Below are positions 1-20,504 of a stretch of DNA of 64,000 nt, in pieces. The DNA is from Macrostomum lignano (taxonomy: Eukaryota): assembly GCA_002269645.1 (NCBI GenBank), contig NIVC01000598.1, positions 124,001 through 188,000 of the forward strand, read 5' to 3'. Position 1 is the stretch's first letter, and each line of letters starts with the position of its first letter. The position numbers and the translations under genes were made by a program. The notes beneath the pieces were generated by a model. The model was not told where the DNA came from and ran no database searches. It saw nothing but the letters and a program-made list of their open reading frames with translations.

Positions 1-718
1 GAAACGACGGTGAAAGAAACACAGGCCGTCGTCCTGGCGGTGCTGCTGGGGCCGTCTCTGTCTGGCGCCCTTGCTGGCCGCAAAGACTGCCGGCTGGGCT
101 TGCTGGGCCGGCTCTACCGCCGGCTGCTGGACGGAGGCCGCCACCAGCTGCGGCCGGCTGGCCCAGAGCTTGTCTGCCTCCTGCGCTGCTGCCCGGGGGT
201 CCGCGAAACTGACGGTTGTCATGGCGATGCGTAAGTTCCGGTGGCAACTGCTGGCGGAACAGCTCCTCGAATAGCAGGCAGGGGCGGTGGTTCCCCAGCA
301 GGGCGAGCAACTCGTCCATCAGCTCGGAAGGCCGCCGGTCGCCGAGGCCGGACATGCTGAGCAGGCGGCTGGCCCGCTGCTGAGGAGTCAAATCGAAAGT
401 GCTGTTGAGGCGCTCCTTTAGCTGAGCGTACTTGTTCGCCTCCGGATGAGCCTCGAGCACATCGAGCAGGCGCTTTGCTGTCTGCTGGTCAAGAGCTGCG
501 ACCAGATGGGCTCTTGGTCTCGTCCTGAGTGATGCCTCTCAGGGTAAACTGAGCTTCAGCCGGATGAACCAGGCTCGAGGCTTGGCCGCCCAAAACGTGG
601 GCAGCTTCAGGGACACAGCAGAGTCGGTTTGTTGGACCATTGCACGAAATGGCTGCGTAGGACTCACCAATGAAGCTCTCAACCGTGCACCAGTCTGGCC
701 GCCACAGTACATACTACA
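1..718 (-). mobile_element. Gypsy-type LTR retrotransposon 5' end: frameshifted gag, PBS-like site and short LTR remnant; continues off the window
   Basis: Minus-strand translation from ATG 640, joining 3 frameshifts (about 560, 505, 232): MVQQTDSAVSLKLPTFWAAKPRAWF-AEAQFTLRGITQDETK-HLVAALDQQTAKRLLDVLE...GLGDRRPSELMDELLALL...LFEELFRQQLPPEL-RIAM...AQEADKLW...DGLCFFHRRF. This is the typical gag of this lineage (LPxFW/WFxxxEAQF start, CxxHxxF knuckle). PBS-like TGGTGAGTCCTACG at 669-656; candidate TG...CA segment at 718-671. Confidence 0.85.
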
Positions 719-1205
719 GTGATCCTGGGGCGAACCCGAGGTCGAGCTGCTGTCCATCATGTGGACTTTATTTGTGTGATTTTAATAGATTTAGCATTTT
801 TAGTCTAAAAATTTAGTACTAGACACCGAGAAAGCGAATATTATATTGATCTACATTTACAACACACCGAAGTTGGAATCATATGCATAATCTATGAAGT
901 TACTGCATGGCCCTGCATTCTACATGTGTACTACATAGTGTACAATCATGATCAGCTCCATATCACTATCGGAGAATCTGTAGCAGGCTCTAGCCAAAGT
1001 GGCACAGAAATAGACGACACTAATCCAATACAATGTAATCTGGCATTAGATATAACTAGCAATCTTCGCCCCCCGATGGGGGACATCTGGATAGAATCTC
1101 TGTTCTCTACAATTAACAAAAAGACAGCCAAAAAATCCTTCACAAAAGCAACAGACAAACTGCTAAAATGAAGTGAATTGCAATAAGAAATCTTCCCAAG
1201 ACCAC

Positions 1206-1732
1206 AAGCATCCCCCAGATAGCAAGCATCCTCCAGATAGCAAGCATTCTCCCAGATAGCAAGCATTTCCCAGATAGCAAGCATCCCCAAGATAGCAAGC
1301 ATCCTCCAGATAGCAAGCATCCCCCAGATAGCAAGCATCCCCCAGATAGCAAGCATCCCCCAGATAGCAAACATCCCCCAGATAGCAAGCATTCCCCAGA
1401 TAGCAAGCATTCCGCAGATAGCAAGCATCCCCCAGATAGCAAGCATCCCCAAGATAGCAAGCATCCCTCAGATAGCAAGCATACCCCAAGATAGCAAGCA
1501 TCCCTCAGATAGCAAGCATACCCCAGATAGCAAGCATCCCCCAGATAGCAAGCATCACTCAGATAGCAAGCATCCCTCAGATAGCAAGCATCCCCCAGAT
1601 AGCAAGCATCCCCCAGATAGCAAGCATTCCCCAGATAGCAAGCATTCCCCAGATAGCAAGCATCCCCCAGAAAGCAAGCATCCTCCAAGTAGCAAGCATC
1701 CCCAAGATAGATAGCATCCCCAAATAGCAACC
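1206..1732. repeat. 18-19 bp minisatellite (CAAGCATCCCCCAGATAG)n
   Basis: Direct tandem repetition. It explains the ORFs at 952-1745. Confidence 0.97.
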
Positions 1733-1840
1733 ATCCACCAGACAATAAGTAGCTAGAGCGACAATTTCCTTAGCTTTATAGTGGCTCCTTTAAATTGGCA
1801 TGGCGCTTTATACCTTTACATTTGAAATTGGATATCTTGA

Positions 1841-4800
1841 ATGTTTGACATGGTGGCTATTTTATGTTTGACATAGTGGCTCTTCTATGTTTGACATGGT
1901 GGCTCTTTTATGTTTGACATAGTGGCTCTTTTATGTTCGACATGGTGGCTCTTCTATGTTTGACATGGTGGCTTTTTTAGGTTTGACATGGTGGCTCTTT
2001 TATGTTTGACATGTTGACTTTTTTATGTTCGACACGGTGGCTTTTTAATGTTCGACATGGTGGCTCTTTTAGGTTTGAACCGGTGGCTCTTTAATGTTTG
2101 ACATGGTGGCTCTTTAATGTTCGACATGGTGGCTCTTTTATGTTCGACATGGTGGCTCTTTAATGTTTGACATGGTGGCCCTTTAATGGTTAACATGGCG
2201 GCTCTTTAATTTTCGAAATGGTGGCTCCTTAATTTTCGAAATGGTGGCTGTTTTATGTTTGACATGGTGGCTCTTTAATGTTCGACATGGTGGCTCTTTA
2301 ATGTTTGACATGGTGGCCCTTTAATGGTTAACATGGCGGCTCTTTAATTTTCGAAATGGTGGCTCCTTAATTTTCGAAATGGTGGCTGTTTTATGTTTGA
2401 CATGGTGGCTCTTTAATGTTCGACATGGTGGCTCTTTAATGTTTGACATGGTGTCTGTTTTATGTTTGATATGGTGGCTCTTTAATGTTCGACATGGTGG
2501 CTCTTACATGTTTGACATGGTAACTCTTTTATGTTTGATATGGTGGCTCTTTAATGTTCGACATGGTGGCTCTTTAATGTTCGACATGGTGGCTCTTTAA
2601 TGTTCGACATGGTGGCTCTTTAATTTTTAACATGGTGACTCTTTTATGTTCGACATGGTGGCTCTTTTATGTTTGACATAGTGGCTCTTCTATGTTTGAC
2701 ATGGTGGCTCTTTAATGTTTGACATGGTGGCTCTATTATGTTTGACATGGTGGCTCTTCTATGTTTGACATGGTGGCTTTTTTAGGTTTGACATGGTGGC
2801 TCTTTTATGTTTGACATGTTGGCTTTTTAATGTTCGACATGGTGGCTTTTTAATGTTCGACATGGTGGCTCCTTTAGGTTTGAAATGGTGGCTCTTTAAT
2901 ATTTGACAAGGTGGCTCTTTAATGTTCGACATGGTGGCTCTTTTAGGTTTGAACCGGTGGCTCTTTAATGTTTGACATGGTGTCTGTTTTATGTTTGACA
3001 TGGTGGCTCTTTAATGTTCGACATGGTGGCTCTTTAATGTTCGACATGGTGGCTCTTTAATTTTTAACATGGTGACTCTTTTATGTTCGACATGGTGGCT
3101 CCTTAAGGTTTGAAATATTGGCTCTTTAATGTTTAACATGGTGGCTTTTCTATGTTCGACATGGTGGCTTTTCTATGTTCGACATGGTGGCTCTTGTATG
3201 TTCGACATGGTGGCTCTTTTAATGGTCGACATGGTGGCTCTTTAATGTTCTTCATGTTGGCTCTTTTATGTTTGACATGGTGGCTTTTTTATGTTTGACA
3301 TGGTGGCTCTTTTATGTTCTACATAGCTGCTCTTTTATGTTCGACATTGTGGCTCTTGTATGTTCGACAGGGTCGCTCTTTTAGGTTTGAAATGGTGGCT
3401 CTTTAATATTTGACAAGGTGGCCCTTTAATGTTTAACATGGCGGCTCTTAAATTTTCGAAATGGTGGCTGTTTTATATTTGACATGGTGGCTCTTTAATG
3501 TTCGACATGGTGGCTCTTTAATGTTCTTAATGGTGTCTGTTTTATGTTTGACATGGTTGCTCTTTTATGTTCGACATGGTGGCTCTTTAATTTTTAACAT
3601 GGTAACTCTTTTATGTTTGATATGGTGGCTCTTTTATGTTCGACATGGTGGCTCTTGTATGTTCGACATGGTGGCTTCTTTAGGTTTGAAATGGTGGCTC
3701 TTTAATATTTGACAAGGTGGCTCTTTAATGTTCGACATGGTGGCTCTTTTAGGTTTGAAATGGTGGGTCTTTAATGCTTGACAATGTGGCTCTTTAATGT
3801 TTGACATGGTGGCTCTTTAATGTTCGACATGGTGGCTCTTTAATGTTTGACATGGTAACTCTTTTATGTTTGATATGGTGGCTCTTTTATGTTCGACATG
3901 GTGGCTCTTTAATGTTTGACATGGTGGCTCTTTAATGTTTGACATGGTAACTCTTTTATGTTTGATATGGTGGCTCTTTTATGTTCGACATGGTGGCTCT
4001 TGTATGTTCGACATGGTGGCTTCTTTAGGTTTGAAATGGTGGCTCTTTAATATTTGACAAGGTGGCTCTTTAATGTTTGACATGGTGGCTCTTTAATGTT
4101 TGACATGGTGGCTCTTTTAGGTTTGAAATGGTGGCTTTTTAATGTTTGACAATGTGGCTCTTTAATGTTTGACATGGTGGCTTTTTAATGTTCGACATGG
4201 TGGCTCTTTTAGGTTTGAACCGGTGGCTCTTTAATGTTTGACATGGTGGCTCTTTAATGTTTGACATGGTGTCTGTTTTATGTTTGACATGGTGGCTCTT
4301 TAATGTTCGACATGGTGGCTCTTTAATGTTTGAAATGGTGGCTCTTTAATGTTCGACATGGTGGCTCTTTAATTTTTAACATGGTGACTCTTTTATGTTC
4401 GACATGGTGGCTCCTTTAGGTTTGAAATATTGGCTCTTTAATGTTTAACATGGTGGCTTTTCTATGTTCGACATGGTGGCTTTTCTATGTTCGACATGGT
4501 GGCTCTTGTATGTTCGACATGGTGGCTCTTTTATGTTCGACATGGTGGCTCTTGTATGTTCGACAGGGTCGCTCTTTTAGGTTTGAAATGGTGGCTCTTT
4601 AATATTTGACAAGGTGGCCCTTTAATGTTTAACATAGCGGCTCTTAAATTTTCGAAATGGTGGCTCCTTAATTTTCGAAATGGTGGCTGTTTTAGGTTTG
4701 ACATGGTGGCTCTTTAATGTTCTTAATGGTGTCTGTTTTATGTTTGACATGGTGGCTCTTTAATTTTTAACATGGTGGCTCTTTTAGGTTTGAAACGGTG

Positions 4801-7800
4801 GCTCTTTAATGTTTGACATGGTGGCTTTTCTATGTTCGACATGGTGGCTCTTGTATGTTCGACATGGTGGCTTCTTTAGGTTTGAAATGGTGGCTCTTTA
4901 ATATTTGACAAGGTGGCTCTTTAATGTTCGACATGGTGGCTCTTTAATGTTTGACATGGTGGCTCTTTTAGGTTTGAAATGGTGGGTCTTTAATGCTTGA
5001 CAATGTGGCTCTTTAATGTTTGACATGGTGGCTCTTTAATGTTCGACATGGTGGCTCTTTAATGTTTGACATGGTAACTCTTTTATGTTTAATATGGTGG
5101 CTCTTTTATGTTCGACATGGTGGCTCTTTAATGTTTGACATGGTGGCTATTGAATGTTTGACATGGTAACTATTTTAGGTTTGAAATGGTGGGTCTTTAA
5201 TGCTTGACAATGTGGCTCTTTAATGTTTGACATGGTGGCTATTGAATGTTCGACATGGTTGCTCTTTAATGTTCGACATGGTGGCTCTTTAATGTTTGAC
5301 ATGGTAACTCTTTTATGTTTGATATGGTGGCTCTTTTATGTTCGACATGGTGGCTCTTTAATTTTCGACATGGTGGCTCCTTTAGGTTTGAAATGGTGGC
5401 TCTTTAATGTTTGACATGGTGGCTCTTCTATGTTCGACATGGTGGCTCTTTAATGTTCGACATGGTGGCTCTTTAATTTTTAACATGGTAACTCTTTTAT
5501 GTTCGACATGGTGGCTCCTTAAGGTTTGAAATATTGGCTCTTTAATGTTTAACATGGTGGCTTTTCTATGTTCGACATGGTGGCTTTTCTATGTTCGACA
5601 TGGTGGCTCTTGTATGTTCGACATGGTGGCTCTTTTAATGGTCGACATGGTGGCTCTTTAATGTTCTTCATGTTGGCTCTTTTATGTTTGACATGGTGGC
5701 TTTTTTATGTTTGACATGGTGGCTCTTTTATGTTCTACATAGCTGCTCTTTTATGTTCGACATTGTGGCTCTTGTATGTTCGACAGGGTCGCTCTTTTAG
5801 GTTTGAAATGGTGGCTCTTTAATATTTGACAAGGTGGCCCTTTAATGTTTAACATGGCGGCTCTTAAATTTTCGAAATGGTGGCTGTTTTATATTTGACA
5901 TGGTGGCTCTTTAATGTTCGACATGGTGGCTCTTTAATGTTCTTAATGGTGTCTGTTTTATGTTTGACATGGTTGCTCTTTTATGTTCGACATGGTGGCT
6001 CTTTAATTTTTAACATGGTAACTCTTTTATGTTTGATATGGTGGCTCTTTTATGTTCGACATGGTGGCTCTTGTATGTTCGACATGGTGGCTTCTTTAGG
6101 TTTGAAATGGTGGCTCTTTAATATTTGACAAGGTGGCTCTTTAATGTTCGACATGGTGGCTCTTTTAGGTTTGAAATGGTGGGTCTTTAATGCTTGACAA
6201 TGTGGCTCTTTAATGTTTGACATGGTGGCTCTTTAATGTTCGACATGGTGGCTCTTTAATGTTTGACATGGTAACTCTTTTATGTTTGATATGGTGGCTC
6301 TTTTATGTTCGACATGGTGGCTCTTTAATGTTTGACATGGTGGCTCTTTAATGTTTGACATGGTAACTCTTTTATGTTTGATATGGTGGCTCTTTTATGT
6401 TCGACATGGTGGCTCTTGTATGTTCGACATGGTGGCTTCTTTAGGTTTGAAATGGTGGCTCTTTAATATTTGACAAGGTGGCTCTTTAATGTTTGACATG
6501 GTGGCTTTTTAATGTTCGACATGGTGGCTCTTTTAGGTTTGAACCGGTGGCTCTTTAATGTTTGACATGGTGGCTCTTTAATGTTTGACATGGTGTCTGT
6601 TTTATGTTTGACATGGTGGCTCTTTAATGTTCGACATGGTGGCTCTTTTAGGTTTGAACCGGTGGCTCTTTAATGTTTGACATGGTGGCTCTTTAATGTT
6701 TGAAATGGTGGCTCTTTAATGTTCGACATGGTGGCTCTTTAATTTTTAACATGGTGACTCTTTTATGTTCGACATGGTGGCTCCTTTAGGTTTGAAATAT
6801 TGGCTCTTTAATGTTTAACATGGTGGCTTTTCTATGTTCGACATGGTGGCTTTTCTATGTTCGACATGGTGGCTCTTGTATGTTCGACATGGTGGCTCTT
6901 TTATGTTCGACATGGTGGCTCTTGTATGTTCGACAGGGTCGCTCTTTTAGGTTTGAAATGGTGGCTCTTTAATATTTGACAAGGTGGCCCTTTAATGTTT
7001 AACATAGCGGCTCTTAAATTTTCGAAATGGTGGCTCCTTAATTTTCGAAATGGTGGCTGTTTTAGGTTTGACATGGTGGCTCTTTAATGTTCTTAATGGT
7101 GTCTGTTTTATGTTTGACATGGTGGCTCTTTAATTTTTAACATGGTGGCTCTTTTAGGTTTGAAACGGTGGCTCTTTAATGTTTGACATGGTGGCTTTTC
7201 TATGTTCGACATGGTGGCTCTTGTATGTTCGACATGGTGGCTTCTTTAGGTTTGAAATGGTGGCTCTTTAATATTTGACAAGGTGGCTCTTTAATGTTCG
7301 ACATGGTGGCTCTTTAATGTTTGACATGGTGGCTCTTTTAGGTTTGAAATGGTGGGTCTTTAATGCTTGACAATGTGGCTCTTTAATGTTTGACATGGTG
7401 GCTCTTTAATGTTCGACATGGTGGCTCTTTAATGTTTGACATGGTAACTCTTTTATGTTTAATATGGTGGCTCTTTTATGTTCGACATGGTGGCTCTTTA
7501 ATGTTTGACATGGTGGCTATTGAATGTTTGACATGGTAACTATTTTAGGTTTGAAATGGTGGGTCTTTAATGCTTGACAATGTGGCTCTTTAATGTTTGA
7601 CATGGTGGCTATTGAATGTTCGACATGGTTGCTCTTTAATGTTCGACATGGTGGCTCTTTAATGTTTGACATGGTAACTCTTTTATGTTTGATATGGTGG
7701 CTCTTTTATGTTCGACATGGTGGCTCTTTAATTTTCGACATGGTGGCTCCTTTAGGTTTGAAATGGTGGCTCTTTAATGTTTGACATGGTGGCTCTTCTA

Positions 7801-7961
7801 TGTTCGACATGGTGGCTCTTTAATGTTCGACATGGTGGCTCTTTAATTTTTAACATGGTAACTCTTTTATGTTCGATATGGTGGCTCTTTTATGTTCGAC
7901 ATGGTGGTTCTTTAATGTTCGACATGGTGGCTCCTTTAGGTTTGACATGGTGGCTCTTCTA
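1841..7961. repeat. About 6.1 kb array of a 23-bp satellite (ATGTTYGACATGGTGGCTCTTTW)n with an about 2.4 kb higher-order duplication
   Basis: The monomer is visible throughout. Identical variant strings recur at offsets 2416 (3101/5517, 3461/5877) and 2370 (5223/7593). Confidence 0.98.
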
Positions 7962-8029
7962 TTGCGCTTTTTTTATGTTTAGCAGTTTTTTTGTTTTTAA
8001 GGTGTTTTAATAAAAAAATTATTTTGCGC

Positions 8030-8098
8030 TTCTAAGATTCGAACCCAGGTCGCTACATTAGCATTCCAGTCTGTTCGCATCAGGGCTATCTCTTTTCA
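8030..8098 (-). other. tRNA-derived (SINE-head-like) fragment at the edge of the satellite
   Basis: The minus strand reads GATAGCCCTGATGCG...GACCTGGGTTCGAATC, containing a B-box (GGTTCGAATC). No complete cloverleaf. Confidence 0.4.
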
Positions 8099-8329
8099 AT
8101 TGGAGAACATGAATTGTGGCCCTTATAATTCAATTCTTACAGCAAGTCAATTGGAGTAAAAAGTTATGACATAATCAATTTCTCAGTCAGCCAGTATCAG
8201 TCTCACTTCGAGTTAGCAATATGGTTACGCAATTTCAATCAAGTCGTGTGTGCATTTCTTCGGCACTGTTTTCAACTTGTTGTGATGCAATCTTTATCAG
8301 AATTGAAATTCAGTCAGTCAGTTTTTTCT

Positions 8330-8580
8330 CTAGCATTCTTACAATGCATTTCAAGTCGAAAATTTGGCTTGACCTTTGCAAAAAAGCGTGTTTTTCGAAT
8401 ATTTAATCCCTTTAACATTGAGCAATTTCTTAGCCAAGATGCATGTACTGTGCCAGGAAAATTTCTGATCGAATGATGCAAGTTTGAAGAAAATCGGTTG
8501 AGCCGTTTTTTCTGAAATCAATCGCATACCCATATACATACATACATACAGACAACTCATTTTTAGTATATAGGATGATA
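8330..8580 (+). mobile_element. Possible non-autonomous Helitron-like element end
   Basis: GCAAGTTTGAAGAAAATCGGTTGAGCCGTTTT...(CATA)n CAGACAACTCATTTTTAGTATATAGGAT resembles the microsatellite-bearing ends of invertebrate non-autonomous Helitron-like repeats. Recognised by pattern only. Confidence 0.35.
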
Positions 8581-8934
8581 CTTGATACGCAATATACATG
8601 TACCTGTTCGCGAAAAAAATTTGCAATGTCGGATGAACTAAAATGAAGTAAAACAATATTATGGTAAATTATAGATAAAGTACATTGATAATGTATTTAA
8701 AAAGTACGAAAAAAGTTTAAAAACCATGAGTTTTACTTAAATTTTTGTTTAATTTATGATTAGAGTTGAACGCAGGTCCGAAATAAAATTCGAAATTTAT
8801 TTTTTATTATCGTGGGGCCCCTTGCAGACTTCTGCCAGTCGTTATTAATCTAAGTCGTATGAAGTTTTACCCGCCACAGCAATACTGAGTTATCTGGATT
8901 ACGAGCGCAAAACCTATTTCTGTCGAGGGTGGAA

Positions 8935-16573
<7,639 letters not shown>

Positions 16574-18394
16574 GGACTCAGGCGTGCGCTGAAGAGCGGC
16601 ATCCTAATTGCATAGCAACGGGAAAATTTATTGCTTTGCTTTTGTTCGGGCTCTGCTGACAAACTATAAATCTTATTTTAGTTTTATTAGGCTTAAAAAA
16701 TTCCCGTTGCTACGCAATCTGGGTCACAAAAGAAAGACTGACTGGGAAGTTGATTTTGGGAATTTTCAACTTCTTCCCCTGACATCGGTAAACTGCCTAA
16801 AGTCAAAGTTTTAAAACAATAACTTGAAGCAGAAATTCACTGATTAACCAAGCTGGTTCTGAAGTTCTTAGGATTAAAGTTTCACGAGATGATGCTTTGC
16901 TATTGTTTCTACTTTTCGATTGAGTGTCAGTAGTCTGTTAGGAGTTTGCCGCTTAAAAATAGTCCTATATGCAAGCTATACTGCAGATAGCGCGACTTTG
17001 CTGCTGCAGAGTCGGGCAGATTCCGAGCGATTGGGAGCTGAATGCTGAGCATTATTTAAACTCGTTAGCGTTTTCTGCGTGCGCTGATTCCGCTTTATAA
17101 CTTTGTTTAATTTTAGTGAGTTTGAAAGCAGCGAACAGTTGCATAATCTCTTAGCTCACCCGCGTCTCCTAGTCATCACTAGTTATATTTTCCTATATTC
17201 AACATTTCTGTTTATCTTTTATTAGTTACTATAAATCTCGCGTTATTTCCTGTTGTTGATGACTACTTTTCTCTTGCAGCATTAATTATAAATTATTCTA
17301 TTTTGCTAGACTTTGTCGATTTTCCAGTTTAACTATGGCTTATACTCGTGTCACCATTGGGAACATATTCTCTGATTTGATTATGGGTTTTTTTAGCAAA
17401 TTTGTCGAGAATTTTTCACCTTGGCTTTTCTGTCCGCATATTTATCAACTACTGGACTGCTCCAGCTCCAACTGTGTTCAGGCTGCCTGCTGTGATCCCA
17501 TAGCTATTTTTATTGAGTTTATTAGTCACACTGGAATGCTGCACCAAACTCTACATGAAAATGTTATATCATTTTATATTTGTTTCCTGTTCCAACATGT
17601 TTTTTTCGAGCTATTTCAGTTTGAATTTGCGCTTTTATTAGAACACAATTCTCTGCCTCCTGCGACGGGTACACAGGTACGATTCTTGCAATTACTAAGC
17701 GTTTAATCCCTGTCACTTGATATTATTTACCCTTTAGGCACACAGTTTGCTATATTAGTCTGCTTTCACAAAAACACTGTTCCCTCTCCCATAGCTGGCA
17801 AAGTTCTCTTTAAGTTGCCTCCGACGACAATGAGATCTTTTGTTCCGACTGAAAGCATCAATCCACACTTTGAATACTTTGCTCACACCGACCGTGTACA
17901 TATGAATGCTGATTTACTCTTTTATTCGATTCATTATTTATTATGCTTTAAAATATCATTTTAGCAGCTCTTCGATAGTTGTTTCCATATTTAATACGAA
18001 TATATCAATATTTAAGTTCATTTAACAACTGTTGTCGCAGTACAGAAACATCGGATGCGCTTCCTTCTGACTCGGCTCTCACTGTCTTGAAACCGATTTT
18101 CCATATGCTGCAGTTGTTGAGCACCATTTTAGGTTTTCGAGTTGGTACTCGTACGTACAAACTCAATAATGTTGAGTATCTAGAGAAAAGAACCTGCAAC
18201 CTGCGCTGACGGCAATTCTGACCGTTTTGCTGGCTCCTGAGCACATTCAAGCCCGCCAATACTGTACAGAGGCACGCACTCATACACATGTACACTCGGT
18301 GTCTTGTTGTTGGCCCTGATAAGTGTGAATCTCAAGACAGCCCCCGATCAATTTTATGTAGAAGCCTCAAATTAATGTGGCCGCGCATGCACAA

Positions 18395-18440
18395 AATCGA
18401 ACCAGGGGTCAGACGCGTTTACCGCTGAGCTTGCTCTGCC
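18395..18440 (-). other. Truncated tRNA-like (A-box/B-box) fragment
   Basis: The minus strand reads GGCAGAGCAAGCTCAGCGGTAAACGCGTCTGACCCCTGGTTCGATT, with an A-box-like AGCTCAGCGGT and a B-box GGTTCGATT. Too short for a tRNA. Confidence 0.35.
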
Positions 18441-19049
18441 CCTCCTCTGCATTTTCTTGCCAACTGTACTTACAGTCTCTGGAGAACTCAAAGCGCTGAA
18501 TGAAGTTTCGCTACAGACAAATTTGTTCGAGAAAAATCCTCTTTAGAGACATTCAATATCTCGAGAGAATACGTATCGATATGGCAAATACCCGTTCCTT
18601 ACCGCGGCGTCCTGGCTCATTTCCAAGCGTAGTGTCATTCTACATGTACTTCCGCTGTTCATGATTGCGCATAAGCCTAACACTGACTTTAACATCCTTA
18701 AAATAAATGAGACCCTCTCAAACTCGATTCTAAAATAGTTAAGAATGAGACGAAATAATAAAGGTGGTTTATAGCACTTAGCAAAAAATCGTGTATTTGC
18801 GTGACAAATTTTCCTGTTTCCAAATTTTAACAAAAGTCGAAAGATGAATAATAATATGAATATTTCCCACGCACGTACATGTATACGTATTCTAAAAAAT
18901 GCGAGAAGCCTTGAAAGTAAGACTTTTCTATACACCTGTTTTGAAATGTTTGGTCAAACTCCTTTCCCGTGTATACGAGTACATTTTAGGGAGCGCAAAA
19001 ACTTAAAAGTAGAAATGATTTTTTTTACGGTCATGCATGTACAATCAAG

Positions 19050-19865
19050 CAAAGATGAAACAAATGTACAATCAAGCAAAGATTAAACAAATTTCAATCA
19101 AGCACAGATTAAACAAATTTACAATCAAGCACAGATTAAACAAATTTACAATCAAGCACAGATTAAACAAATTTACAATCTAGCAACAGATTAAACAAAT
19201 GTACAATCAAGCACAGATTAAACAAATTTACAATCAAGCACAGATTAAACAAATTTCAATCAAGCACAGATTAAACAAATTTACAATCAAGCACAGATTA
19301 AACAAATTTCAATCAAGCACAGATTAAACAAATGTACAATCAAGCAAAGATTAAACAAATTTCAATCAAGCACAGATTAAACAAATTTACAATCAAGCAC
19401 AGATTAAACAAATTTACAATCTAGCAACAGATTAAACAAATGTACAATCAAGCACAGATTAAACAAATTTACAATCAAGCACAGATTAAACAAATTTACA
19501 ATCAAGCACAGATTAAACAAATTTACAATCAAGCACAGATTAAACAAATTTACAATCAAGCACAGATTAAACAAATTTCAATCAAGCACAGATTAAACAA
19601 ATTTACAATCAAGCACAGATTAAACAAATTTACAATCAAGAACAGATTAAACAAATTTACAATCAAGCACAGATTAAACAAATTTACAATCAAGCACAGA
19701 TTAAACAAATTTACAATCAAGCACACAGATTAAACAAATTTACAATCAAGAACAGATTAAACAAATTTACAATCAAGAACAGATTAAACAAATTTACAAT
19801 CAAGCACACAGATTAAACAAATTTACAATCAAGCACCGATTAAACAAATTTACAATTAAGTACAC
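19050..19865. repeat. 27-bp minisatellite (AATCAAGCACAGATTAAACAAATTTAC)n
   Basis: Direct tandem repetition. Confidence 0.97.
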
Positions 19866-20504
19866 AAATTTAAAGCTAAATAACTTTAGTTTGAAAAAAA
19901 GTTAAATTGAAAGCTAAAAAGGGTTTGGTTAGTCACCGCCGTCAAAATTGATGCCGATTGCAGAATCATCAAAGTCTCGTCATGGCGGTGCGGTGGTTGG
20001 CTCGGGCAGTGGGCAGCAGTCATGCAGAGTCTGTTGGTGCCGCTGCTGTCGGCATGCTACAGCCGGCTGGTAGTTGACCCAGACGGCAACGATGCATGCC
20101 GCGGTCCGACGTGGGTCTTTATTTTGGCATCACCAACTGGATGGTTTGTCGAGCAGCTTCAGTGCTGGCTGATGTCGACCGATTGACAGGCACTACGTAC
20201 ATAGTTCGAACCGCACCGCTGCGCCTTCCTACTGAGAAGTTTTGCGGTCTCGCGTACCGGTACAGCTAAGGTTCGGCATATTTGTGTTCGGCTCTGGGAA
20301 AGGTTTGCAGTCAACTTTTCGCACACACGAATAATTAGACCTTATTTACAATTCTATTTACACTGTTGTCCATTACCTATACTACTCAGGTTCCACTCAC
20401 AGTTACTCGTCTACCTTCACTGAAACATCTCAATGCAGCTATTTTTCCCTAATTTAACTGAAATATATTACGCTCGAAGCACTTTTGCAAACTCGTATCG
20501 GAAC

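Noticed and set aside
952-7960. ORFs of 60-200 aa across the first two arrays
   Set aside because: Periodic translations of 18-bp and 23-bp tandem repeats in several frames, with no splice or domain support.
1841-7961. CRISPR-like regular repeats
   Set aside because: No unique spacers and no cas genes, in a eukaryotic context. These are satellites.
17335-19086. Several 70-130 aa ORFs
   Set aside because: No motifs recognised. Probably 3' UTR, intergenic sequence or very old TE debris.
19920-20330. GC-rich segment downstream of the protease ORF
   Set aside because: All minus-strand frames contain stops, and no RT or other domain is recognisable.
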